From UHGV virus genome UHGV-2050067: DNA of 56,618 nucleotides. One strand, written 5' to 3'. Below the pieces are notes generated by a model. The model was not told the DNA's origin. It saw only the letters and a program-made list of their open reading frames with translations, and searched no databases. Positions 35,333 to 43,110 of this stretch are shown here, piece by piece (the stretch's first letter is position 1; every line of letters starts with the position of its first letter). The stretch is from a virus. A program made the position numbers and the translations under genes.

Positions 35333-35422
35333 TTAGTTTTTGTTTTTCAGCGCTTTTAACATTTGCTCGATAAAGTCAGCATAGCGCTCATGTTCGTTGG
35401 GGTGGTAGTTTACGTTTTTCAT
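35333..35422 (-). CDS. small ORF (29 aa) upstream of the secreted moron
   Basis: MKNVNYHPNEHERYADFIEQMLKALKNKN with SD aagagga; same strand as the moron. Confidence 0.25.
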   Translation of the reverse strand: MKNVNYHPNEHERYADFIEQMLKALKNKN

Positions 35423-35500
35423 TTTCTTATCCTCTTTTGCTTCCTCCGGTCAATCCGGCCTTTTAAGTCCCTTCGCTCTATCCCTTTCCTTTGGCTTCTT

Positions 35501-35570
35501 TATACAAAATGTGTTCACTGAAGTAAATCCATTTTGTATAAAATAGAGGCATAGATCACATTTTGTATGA
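35501..35570. promoter_or_regulatory. inverted TACAAAATG / CATTTTGTA motif cluster in divergent intergenic region (candidate moron promoter/operator)
   Basis: tatacaaaatg (35501-35511), ccattttgtataa (35529-35541), cacattttgtatg (35558-35570); same motif recurs at other junctions. Confidence 0.4.
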
Positions 35571-35579
35571 GGTTAAATC

Positions 35580-38500
35580 ATGTCAACAAATTTAGGCACA
35601 ATTTATTACGAGGTTGATGCAAAAACGGGTCAGCTTCTGACTGTTCAGCGCGAGGTAGATCGCGCAACTGGCAAAATGGAAAAGGATTTGGAGCGCGTGG
35701 ATAGTGCCGCCACTCAGGCAAGTAAGTCACTGTCAAAGCTATCCTCGATTGCCAGTGCCCTGGGTGCTGCAATGGCAGCAAAAAAAATCATTGAGTATGC
35801 AAACGCCTGGCAGGAGGTGAATAACAGGCTAATCAATAGCGTTCGTGCTGGTGAATCACTGGCAGACGTTAATCAGCGTGTATTTCAGATCGCGCAAAAT
35901 TCACGAAGCGATCTTGATGCTACGGCAGATCTTTACGGTAAATTAGAGCGCTCGACGCGCGACGCTGGTTTATCGACGCAAGCACTTGGTGATATGGTTG
36001 AAACCATTAACAAAACATTCCGCATTTCTGGCGCTTCTGCCGCTGAAGCAGAAGGCGGGATCCGTCAGTTAGGTCAGTCCCTCGCCAAAGGTATTTTGAA
36101 TGGCGATGAATTTAACTCCGTTACAGAAAACGCCACCAGGCTGTCAGAGGGTTTGGCTAAATCATTGGGCGTATCGTCGGCAGAAATGCGCAAGATGGCA
36201 GCAGAAGGGAAAATCACCCGTGAAGCTATCATTAAAGCCCTTAAGGAAATGAAAGCGGAGGTTGATGCTGAGTTTTCTAAACTCACCCCAACTATGCAGG
36301 AGGCTTTCACTGTTGCAGGCAACAACGCAGCTAAATTTTTCGGCAGCAATTCGTCAATTATGGGCGGGATTGGTGCTTTTAATTCGGCAGTTGTAACCCT
36401 GTCAGAAAACCTTAACGAAATAGCTACTGCATTTATTGGCCTTGCCACTGTGATGGGTGGCAGAGTGGTAAATAAATTCGTGGCTGCAACAGCAGAGGCA
36501 TTAACTAACGCTCAGGCAACCAGGGCACAAACGGCAGCGGCACGGCAGGCCGCTCAGAGTGAATTGGCGCTAGCTAACGCTCAGGTGGTATCAGCACGGC
36601 AATCAGCGGCGGCGTCGGCGGCAAGGCTGAGAGAGGCACAGGCTTATGCTGCGGCAAATGCCGGAACAAAATTCGAAGTTCAGACGCTGAAAGAGTTGGC
36701 TGTAGCCAAAGCACAGAACACAGCGGCATCAAACGCCCTTACTGCGGCAGAGCAGCGCCTTGCTGCGGCCCACACTGCGGCGGCGACTAATGCGGGACTA
36801 CTAAAAACAGCATTTAGCGCTACTCTGGGCGCGATCGGCGGTATCCCTGGCGCGTTAATGCTTGCTGTTTACGGGTTGACAGCATATGTAGATCACGTAG
36901 ATCAAACAGCAGAGGCAAACCGCAACCTTGCTGATTCAGTGGATGTTAGTACCGAATCACTGGAGCGAATGAGCAAGGCGGCTAAACTGGCTGGCGCAGA
37001 TAAACTACAAATATCAATGGGTCAGTTAGAGGAAGACATTGACAGTCTTAACAAACAGATTGACCAGGACACGCAGGCGCTGGAACTGAATAAGCGGGCA
37101 CTGGAGAACGCCGAGGAGGGATCACGCGCTTACGCCAACCTATCGAAAGCTAATCAGGAAATCACAGCCCGCCTGACCAGGGAAGAAGCACAGCGTGAAG
37201 ATATTCTCGACCGCCTTAATCAAATGCAGCGCAAATATATTCTGCTTATGCAGGATACAGATCCGCTAATGAAGACCATTGCCACTTCTTTGGGGTTGGT
37301 GGCAGACGCATACGGAAGAATCACCACAGAAGCAGAACGCGCAGCAGCAGCAACGCAACACGCTTCAGCAGCGCTTAACGCAGATCAACAAGAACTAATG
37401 GATCTGGCAAACCGCCGCCTGGAACTGGCAAAACTCGACTCCAAAACAGCCAGCAGGGAAAAGGCGATTGATGGGTTTAAGCGTGAGGCTGAGAAAGCAA
37501 ACCTGACCGGGGAAGCGTATGAAAAATACATGGCTACAATGACCAAAGCATACGACACAGAGCAGAAACGCGCCGAAGCTGAAAGAAAGGCCAGTCATGG
37601 GAAAAAAACTGGCGAAAGCGAGGAGAAAAAACGTCTAAAAGAGGCTGAACGCCTGCGCAAAGAGCTTGAGAAGCGGGGCCAGAATGTTGCAGACAAATAC
37701 AACGTAGAAGCCGCAGCACAACGGAAATTAAAAGAGGATCAGGATGCGCTAAACGCCGCACTTAAAAGCGGAAAAATAAATACCGAACAATATACTACGG
37801 CATGGAAAGCGCTGGTTGCGGCGGAAGAGCAACGCAAACGCCAATCTAGTTGGGATAATCTGGTAAACAATGAGCTGCAACTACGCGGGCAGCTAGACCC
37901 AATTCAGCAGGCGATGAACGAATGGGCGGTTCGCAAGCAGATGCTCACAGATTTAGGCGCTACAGAGCAATATATGAGGGAGCAAGAAAAAGCGCATGAG
38001 AGGGAAATGCTATCACTTCAGTGGGAGAGGTATAAGGCGCAGTCATTGACCAACCAACTGTTAGGCGATGCTGTTGATGCAATGAGCGGATCTGCAACTA
38101 ACGCGCTTGTCGGCCTGATTAACGGTACTCAAAATTGGCAACAGGCGATCGCTAACATTGGCAATACAATCCTTTCCTCCGTGATTGGTACGATTGTTCA
38201 AATGGGTACTGAGTGGGTCAAGCAGCAATTGATTGGTGATACGGCAAGAACTATGGCAACAACCAAAGCACTGGCAGAGGCGGCAGCGTTATCATCAGCG
38301 TGGGCTACTCCTGCATACTTGGCAAACGTAGCCACGATGGGCGGCGCGGCGACCGTGGGGACTACGAGCCTTACTACTGGTGTGGCTGGAGCAAAAGCGC
38401 TTGGCCTGGCTGGCGCTCGTTATAACGGCGGTGCGGTGGCTGCGGGCAGCCTCTACAAGGTCGGCGAACACGGCAAACCGGAAATCTTTCAGGCAAGCAA

Positions 38501-38732
38501 TGGGAGTCAGTACATGATTCCTGGTGACAACGGCAGGGTAATACCAAATCGCGACATTGGCGGCAGTGGTGGCAACGTTAGTATAAACGCGCCGATTAGT
38601 GTTTACCCACAAAATGGATGGAGTGATGAGGACGCCAAAAAGCTACAGCAGGATATGGAAAAGATCTGCATGGGCCTGATACACCGCGAATCATCCAGAC
38701 CGGGCGGAATGCTGCAACCGCGCCGCAAATAA
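35580..38732 (+). CDS. tail tape measure protein
   Basis: 1050-aa ORF, Ala/Gln-rich extended helical composition, between chaperone and minor tail genes; followed by a terminator. Confidence 0.85.
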   Translation: MSTNLGTIYYEVDAKTGQLLTVQREVDRATGKMEKDLERVDSAATQASKSLSKLSSIASALGAAMAAKKIIEYANAWQEVNNRLINSVRAGESLADVNQRVFQIAQNSRSDLDATADLYGKLERSTRDAGLSTQALGDMVETINKTFRISGASAAEAEGGIRQLGQSLAKGILNGDEFNSVTENATRLSEGLAKSLGVSSAEMRKMAAEGKITREAIIKALKEMKAEVDAEFSKLTPTMQEAFTVAGNNAAKFFGSNSSIMGGIGAFNSAVVTLSENLNEIATAFIGLATVMGGRVVNKFVAATAEALTNAQATRAQTAAARQAAQSELALANAQVVSARQSAAASAARLREAQAYAAANAGTKFEVQTLKELAVAKAQNTAASNALTAAEQRLAAAHTAAATNAGLLKTAFSATLGAIGGIPGALMLAVYGLTAYVDHVDQTAEANRNLADSVDVSTESLERMSKAAKLAGADKLQISMGQLEEDIDSLNKQIDQDTQALELNKRALENAEEGSRAYANLSKANQEITARLTREEAQREDILDRLNQMQRKYILLMQDTDPLMKTIATSLGLVADAYGRITTEAERAAAATQHASAALNADQQELMDLANRRLELAKLDSKTASREKAIDGFKREAEKANLTGEAYEKYMATMTKAYDTEQKRAEAERKASHGKKTGESEEKKRLKEAERLRKELEKRGQNVADKYNVEAAAQRKLKEDQDALNAALKSGKINTEQYTTAWKALVAAEEQRKRQSSWDNLVNNELQLRGQLDPIQQAMNEWAVRKQMLTDLGATEQYMREQEKAHEREMLSLQWERYKAQSLTNQLLGDAVDAMSGSATNALVGLINGTQNWQQAIANIGNTILSSVIGTIVQMGTEWVKQQLIGDTARTMATTKALAEAAALSSAWATPAYLANVATMGGAATVGTTSLTTGVAGAKALGLAGARYNGGAVAAGSLYKVGEHGKPEIFQASNGSQYMIPGDNGRVIPNRDIGGSGGNVSINAPISVYPQNGWSDEDAKKLQQDMEKICMGLIHRESSRPGGMLQPRRK

Positions 38733-38736
38733 ACAA

Positions 38737-38766
38737 AACCCCGGTACAATGCCGGGGTTATCTTTT
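38737..38766. terminator. bidirectional rho-independent terminator
   Basis: aaccccgg-tacaatg-ccggggtt hairpin with T/A-rich tracts on both sides. Confidence 0.6.
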
Positions 38767-38941
38767 AGTTGTTCTCAAAACCTGTGTATCCTCTCTCAAT
38801 TTTCCCGCCTCTTACGCTTTTAGCGAATACAGCGTCAGTGTATCTGAAAAACGGTTCTGTGTATGTCTCACCTTTGCTATCCATCCATTTAACTACCCAG
38901 GCCATGCGTTTAATGTTGCTTTTGCTTGCTGTAGTTTTCAT
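38765..38941 (-). CDS. small protein (58 aa), third gene of minus-strand moron cassette
   Basis: MKTTASKSNIKRMAWVVKWMDSKGETYTEPFFRYTDAVFAKSVRGGKIERGYTGFENN with SD ggagg; stop abuts the terminator; absent from the track. Confidence 0.4.
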   Translation of the reverse strand: MKTTASKSNIKRMAWVVKWMDSKGETYTEPFFRYTDAVFAKSVRGGKIERGYTGFENN

Positions 38942-38972
38942 TTTGTTTTCCTCCGCAACATTCCAGTCTGTA

Positions 38973-39227
38973 TCACTTGTGAGCGCCTTTTACGCCACAT
39001 AACTTGTTATAGGCATGGTGCTCAACAATTAACCAAACCTTCAAATCTTCGCTAAACAGCCTCCAATCAAGATTGATATCCATTTTGTATCCGTAACCGT
39101 CGCGTAACTTTTTGGGGTAAACTTCTTTTCTCAGAAAGGCGTTAAGCAATTCCTTACCTTTCTTGATGATCCGGTCCTGTGCGTTTTTCTGTGCTTTCAA
39201 GTTTTTACCAATCGCCACCAATTTCAT
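38973..39227 (-). CDS. RelE/YafQ/ParE-superfamily-like toxin candidate
   Basis: ATG at 39227 with SD gtgggg; ...YKMDINLDWRLFSEDLKVWLIVEHHAYNKL resembles the RelE/YafQ C-terminal pattern. Confidence 0.4.
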   Translation of the reverse strand: MKLVAIGKNLKAQKNAQDRIIKKGKELLNAFLRKEVYPKKLRDGYGYKMDINLDWRLFSEDLKVWLIVEHHAYNKLCGVKGAHK

Positions 39228-39245
39228 AACACACCCCACAATCCA

Positions 39246-39401
39246 TTAGTTGACCACTTTCAGGAAGAAATCACGGTATTCATCTTCTTTTGCATTCATC
39301 ATGAATTGACCGTATTTGAATGCATCATCAAAGCCCTTCACAATCGCAACTTCCACCTGTTCGAATGCTTTGTTCAGCATCACAACCACATAGCGTTCCA
39401 T
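39246..39401 (-). CDS. small protein (51 aa) upstream of the RelE-like gene; possible cognate partner
   Basis: ATG at 39401 with strong SD agggggg; MERYVVVMLNKAFEQVEVAIVKGFDDAFKYGQFMMNAKEDEYRDFFLKVVN. Confidence 0.4.
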   Translation of the reverse strand: MERYVVVMLNKAFEQVEVAIVKGFDDAFKYGQFMMNAKEDEYRDFFLKVVN

Positions 39402-39571
39402 GTTGTCCCCCCTTTGTCGGTACTGCTTTTTCTTCTTGCTTACTATATACATCTTGTCACGCCTTATGTGAAGCCATTTTGTAAACTGGTTATAATTCTT
39501 GTGATGAATTTCTCATTTTTCGCGTAGAAGCGCGTAAAGATGTATGCAATATGTAACTTATAGGGGGAATC

Positions 39572-39925
39572 ATGCCAGAAGTTTTCAGATGGACGCCGCA
39601 AAGAAGCTACAGCGTGACCAGGGAACCAAATGTGTCTGTCGTTAAACTTGGTGACAACTATGAACAAAGGCAGGCGAAAGGGATTAACACGTTGCTTGAT
39701 AGTTATACCCTGGTTTTCAAAGGCAGTAGCGCGGGATGTGGTGATGGTGGAAACGTGGCGATCCAGGCTGAAGCATTTTTGAGGGCGCGCGGCGCTGTCG
39801 ATGCTTTCTACTGGACGCCTTCGATGGATGGGGTGCAAAGGCTTTTCGTTTGCCGTAGCTGGAGCATGACCAAAGACGGGCCTGTGTACACGCTAAACGC
39901 AACGTTTGAACAAGTTGTTGGCTAA
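39572..39925 (+). CDS. minor tail protein M-like
   Basis: 117 aa; MPEVFRWTPQRSYSV...ATFEQVVG parallels lambda gpM (FRW...FEQVV) as recalled. Confidence 0.7.
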   Translation: MPEVFRWTPQRSYSVTREPNVSVVKLGDNYEQRQAKGINTLLDSYTLVFKGSSAGCGDGGNVAIQAEAFLRARGAVDAFYWTPSMDGVQRLFVCRSWSMTKDGPVYTLNATFEQVVG

Positions 39926-40122
39926 TGGGGGTTGTTATGTACGGGACTTGTGTAGTTGACAAAACTTACGCTTTTACATTGTTTGACGACTATGAGATCA
40001 ACGACCTTACTGTAAAAGCTGACAACGGCGATATATGGTATCTTCACGACGTTGGTGATGGGTACGTGGGGTGTAGATCCCGGGAAGGGAAGGAGGTTTT
40101 ATTTTTGGTTGATGGCGTATAA
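39925..40122 (+). CDS. hypothetical protein (65 aa)
   Basis: ORF track; start overlaps the M stop; followed by a terminator. Confidence 0.35.
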   Translation: MGVVMYGTCVVDKTYAFTLFDDYEINDLTVKADNGDIWYLHDVGDGYVGCRSREGKEVLFLVDGV

Positions 40123-40126
40123 ACAC

Positions 40127-40155
40127 AACCCCGCGAGAAGCGGGGTTATTGTTAT
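40127..40155. terminator. bidirectional rho-independent terminator
   Basis: aaccccgc-gagaa-gcggggtt hairpin followed by attgttatt. Confidence 0.55.
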
Positions 40156-40268
40156 TCCATTTCCATTAATGCTATATTTTCCGCTATCGTTTTCCAGTCC
40201 AGTTCTACAGCATGAACACCAAATACTATCAATCCCATTATTATTAGCGCCAAAACTTCTATTTTCAT
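40152..40268 (-). CDS. mini-ORF, 38-aa hydrophobic peptide, last gene of minus-strand cassette
   Basis: MKIEVLALIIMGLIVFGVHAVELDWKTIAENIALMEME with SD aggtga. Confidence 0.3.
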   Translation of the reverse strand: MKIEVLALIIMGLIVFGVHAVELDWKTIAENIALMEME

Positions 40269-40278
40269 AATCTGTCAC

Positions 40279-40527
40279 CTATAAGTTATCACGCAGATAA
40301 TTAACGCCCTTATCAGTGACGAATGAATGATTAACCTGGTTTTCGTCCGTCATGATGATAAATAACTTTTCCTGTAGGTATTTCGCTTTTGGGTACAGCG
40401 TTAAACAGACCTGGTACAGTATCCCGCGCTCAATCAGCAAATCAATAAATTCGTGCTCATGATAACCGATGAGGCGGGCGGCCTGTTTCAACGTGTACAC
40501 ATAATCGCCGTGATTGCGCCTCCCCAT
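40279..40527 (-). CDS. hypothetical protein (82 aa), moron cassette
   Basis: ORF track; opposite strand to tail genes. Confidence 0.45.
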   Translation of the reverse strand: MGRRNHGDYVYTLKQAARLIGYHEHEFIDLLIERGILYQVCLTLYPKAKYLQEKLFIIMTDENQVNHSFVTDKGVNYLRDNL

Positions 40528-40536
40528 GTTGCCGCC

Positions 40537-40887
40537 TTATTTATCGAATGCGCCCAGGTTATCTATGCAGAAGTCTTTCGCAGCTTTTTCGTATTCGCGT
40601 TTTGCTTCTGGATCGTCAGCAGGGAAACCTTTTGCGTGTATTTCACCAGGGCAAGACTGATCCATAGAGTCAGCAAATTCAACACTGACGTTAAAGTTAA
40701 TATCTTTCGGGTTCATCTCTTCCACCTTATCCTGCACTTGTACCGGAATAACATAATAATCACGAGCACTAGACCAACAGCGGAGCAATTCACAACCTTC
40801 ATCACGCGCTGATTCGAATGTGTCAAATAGCCCCATGCTTTCCCATTCGCATTTATCAGTCCACACGTCTAACCTGTATTTTTTCAT
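40537..40887 (-). CDS. hypothetical protein (116 aa), moron cassette
   Basis: ORF track; acidic, four Cys. Confidence 0.45.
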   Translation of the reverse strand: MKKYRLDVWTDKCEWESMGLFDTFESARDEGCELLRCWSSARDYYVIPVQVQDKVEEMNPKDINFNVSVEFADSMDQSCPGEIHAKGFPADDPEAKREYEKAAKDFCIDNLGAFDK

Positions 40888-40901
40888 TTTTTGTTAACCT
40901 C

Positions 40902-41132
40902 CTATTTGGCAGGTTCGATCCTGTATCCCAAAACGCGGTCATCTTCAGCAAGTAAAAGCGCGTCAGTTAGTGCCTCGCCTTCGTCTTTATACAGAGCTAC
41001 AGTCATTTCCCTGCCGCCTGACAGGAATACCGTCAACCTCCACACCTTATCAGCCATCCCACACCTCCGCGCCATTTTGTTAACCCTGCTTCCTTTTGAG
41101 TACAATATACATATTGTAAAAAGCGCTATCAA
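40902..41132 (-). CDS. hypothetical protein (76 aa or shorter), first gene of moron cassette
   Basis: ORF track; inverted repeat TACAATAT-ac-ATATTGTA lies just upstream at about 41100-41120. Confidence 0.4.
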   Translation of the reverse strand: MIALFTICILYSKGSRVNKMARRCGMADKVWRLTVFLSGGREMTVALYKDEGEALTDALLLAEDDRVLGYRIEPAK

Positions 41133-41185
41133 CCGTTTTGGTATGATTTAGCGTGACAGCGATCACAAAATGACAAGGTGAAAAA

Positions 41186-41890
41186 ATGCGCAGCATACCT
41201 ACAGAAATGATTATTGATTCCGTCGATGCCGGAGTCGGCGCAGTAATTGACTTGTTTGAATTAGACCTAACGCCCCTGGGTGGCGAGGTTATCCGCTTCC
41301 ATTCCGGCGCGAATGGCTATTACGGCCCGGTTATCTGGAAGGGAGTGACTTACAACAGCTACCCAATCGAGGCTACTGGCTTCGAAATGAAAAACGAAGG
41401 CGTTTACTCGCGCCCGCAAATGGTTGTAGCCAACATTGGCGGACTCATTACGGGGATGAATAACGATTTCAACGACCTGCGAGGAATGAAGGTTACGCGC
41501 CGCCAGGTGGAAGTAAAATACCTGGATGCCATCAATTTCCCTAACGGCAATCCAGATGCAGATCCATCTATTGAGGCTGTATCTTTTTACGTCGTTGAAG
41601 CGATGAGCGAAGAAACAGCGGACCAGGTGCAATATGAACTGTCAACGCCAATTGATGCTGATAAGGCGGTTATCCCTGGGCGCACAATTCTCGCTGACGT
41701 TTGCCAGTGGCAATATCGCGGCGACGGTTGCAGATACAGTGGCGGCCCCGTAGCTACTGACAAAGACGAGCCAACCAGTGATCCGAAGCTGGATAAATGC
41801 AGCCACCGCCTGAGCGGTTGCCGTTTGCGTTTTCCGCGTCCTAATCCGTTACCAATTTCCTGTTTCCCAGGATCCAGCAAGGTGGGTTGA
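41186..41890 (+). CDS. minor tail protein L-like
   Basis: 234 aa; lambda gpL-like N-terminus and Cys-rich C-terminus (CQWQYRGDGCRYSG...CSHRLSGCRLRF). Confidence 0.75.
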   Translation: MRSIPTEMIIDSVDAGVGAVIDLFELDLTPLGGEVIRFHSGANGYYGPVIWKGVTYNSYPIEATGFEMKNEGVYSRPQMVVANIGGLITGMNNDFNDLRGMKVTRRQVEVKYLDAINFPNGNPDADPSIEAVSFYVVEAMSEETADQVQYELSTPIDADKAVIPGRTILADVCQWQYRGDGCRYSGGPVATDKDEPTSDPKLDKCSHRLSGCRLRFPRPNPLPISCFPGSSKVG

Positions 41891-42624
41891 TTATGGCGCT
41901 TGAAGATAAAATGATTCGCTATGCAGCGGCCCACCCTGACGAGGAAGTATGCGGGCTGGTGATAGATAACGATTATTTTTACCCGTGTTTAAACGTGTCT
42001 GAAACGCCTTATAACAGCTTTAAAATCTCGTCTGACGATTATATCAAAGCTGACGAATTAGGCGTTATAACAGCCGTCTTCCACTCTCACATTGAAGATA
42101 TTCCTGTATTGTCAGCACGGGATCGACAACAGCAGGTTATTTCCGGCCTACCGTGGTTTTTATGTTCCGGTGGCAGGGTAAGAAAATTCCGCCCGGTAGC
42201 GCACCTGTTAGGTCGTAAATTTGAGCACGGGAAAACAGACTGCTACTCGCTTTTTCGTGACTCCTATCACCTTTGCGGCGTGGATCTACCGGACTTTGAG
42301 CGCCACGATGGGTGGTGGCTGCGTGGGGAAAACCTGTACATAAAAAACCTGCCATTGAACGGGTTTTTCATGGTTGACGCGCAAAGTATTCAGCCAGGTG
42401 ACGTAATTATCCGTCAGCCGTTTAAAGGCGCTGACCCATGTCACGCGATGATTTACCTGGGCGATAACACTGTTTTGCATCATGACAATGCCGGACTGTT
42501 AAGCCGCCGCGAGCAAATGCGGCCCGCGTATGTTCGACAAACGCATTCAATATGGAGATCTGACAAATGCTCAAATTTAGATTTACGGGCAATCTTCGAA
42601 GATATTACGGCAAAGTGTGTTTAA
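41887..42624 (+). CDS. tail assembly protein K-like (MPN/JAB plus NlpC/P60-like)
   Basis: 245 aa; EEVCGLV...AVFHSHIEDIPVLSARD is an MPN/JAMM-like motif; Cys/His pattern in second half. Confidence 0.7.
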   Translation: MIMALEDKMIRYAAAHPDEEVCGLVIDNDYFYPCLNVSETPYNSFKISSDDYIKADELGVITAVFHSHIEDIPVLSARDRQQQVISGLPWFLCSGGRVRKFRPVAHLLGRKFEHGKTDCYSLFRDSYHLCGVDLPDFERHDGWWLRGENLYIKNLPLNGFFMVDAQSIQPGDVIIRQPFKGADPCHAMIYLGDNTVLHHDNAGLLSRREQMRPAYVRQTHSIWRSDKCSNLDLRAIFEDITAKCV

Positions 42625-43097
42625 ACGTTGATACGCCAGCGCAAGGACTTAGCTTATTGACCGCGCAGGATCAGGAGTTCAAGAAGGCTTTTTTAAATAC
42701 ACCTTTGCGCTTACGAATTGCCGGAAAAGATTATGACGAAAACACCGCACCCGCAGCGGTTAACAGTAAATACCCGGATGGGACTACCGTCATTATTGCC
42801 CCAGTGGTTGAAGGTGGTATTGCTGGGATTGGTGTCGTTGGTTGGATCTTGATTGGTGTTTCAGTAGTTAGCGTTGCGTTCTCGATCTTTATGTCACGCA
42901 ACATGAAGATAAAAACATCAGCAGAAAGCGCACAAGATAACACCATAACTAACAACACCTACACCAGCATTGAAAACAAGGTTGGACAGGGCAGGCCAGT
43001 ACCAATCCTGTTGGGTGAAATGAAAATAGGTTCAAACGTCGGATCGTTAGGCATAGACACAAGCAACAACAAAGACGCCTTAGACGTTGTAAGTTAA
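42567..43097 (+). CDS. tail assembly protein I-like
   Basis: 176 aa; N-terminal ubiquitin-like region and C-terminal hydrophobic segment; overlaps the K stop. Confidence 0.6.
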   Translation: MLKFRFTGNLRRYYGKVCLNVDTPAQGLSLLTAQDQEFKKAFLNTPLRLRIAGKDYDENTAPAAVNSKYPDGTTVIIAPVVEGGIAGIGVVGWILIGVSVVSVAFSIFMSRNMKIKTSAESAQDNTITNNTYTSIENKVGQGRPVPILLGEMKIGSNVGSLGIDTSNNKDALDVVS

Positions 43098-43110
43098 CAG
43101 GAGAAAAACC

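Noticed and set aside
36074-38612. Minus-strand ORFs inside the tape measure gene
   Set aside because: Antisense shadows of a GC-rich, Ala-rich long ORF; no RBS context.
38769-39002. Plus-strand 77-aa ORF after the tape measure gene
   Set aside because: The minus-strand 58-aa ORF over the same bases has a GGAGG SD and ends at the terminator; the plus-strand translation is low complexity.
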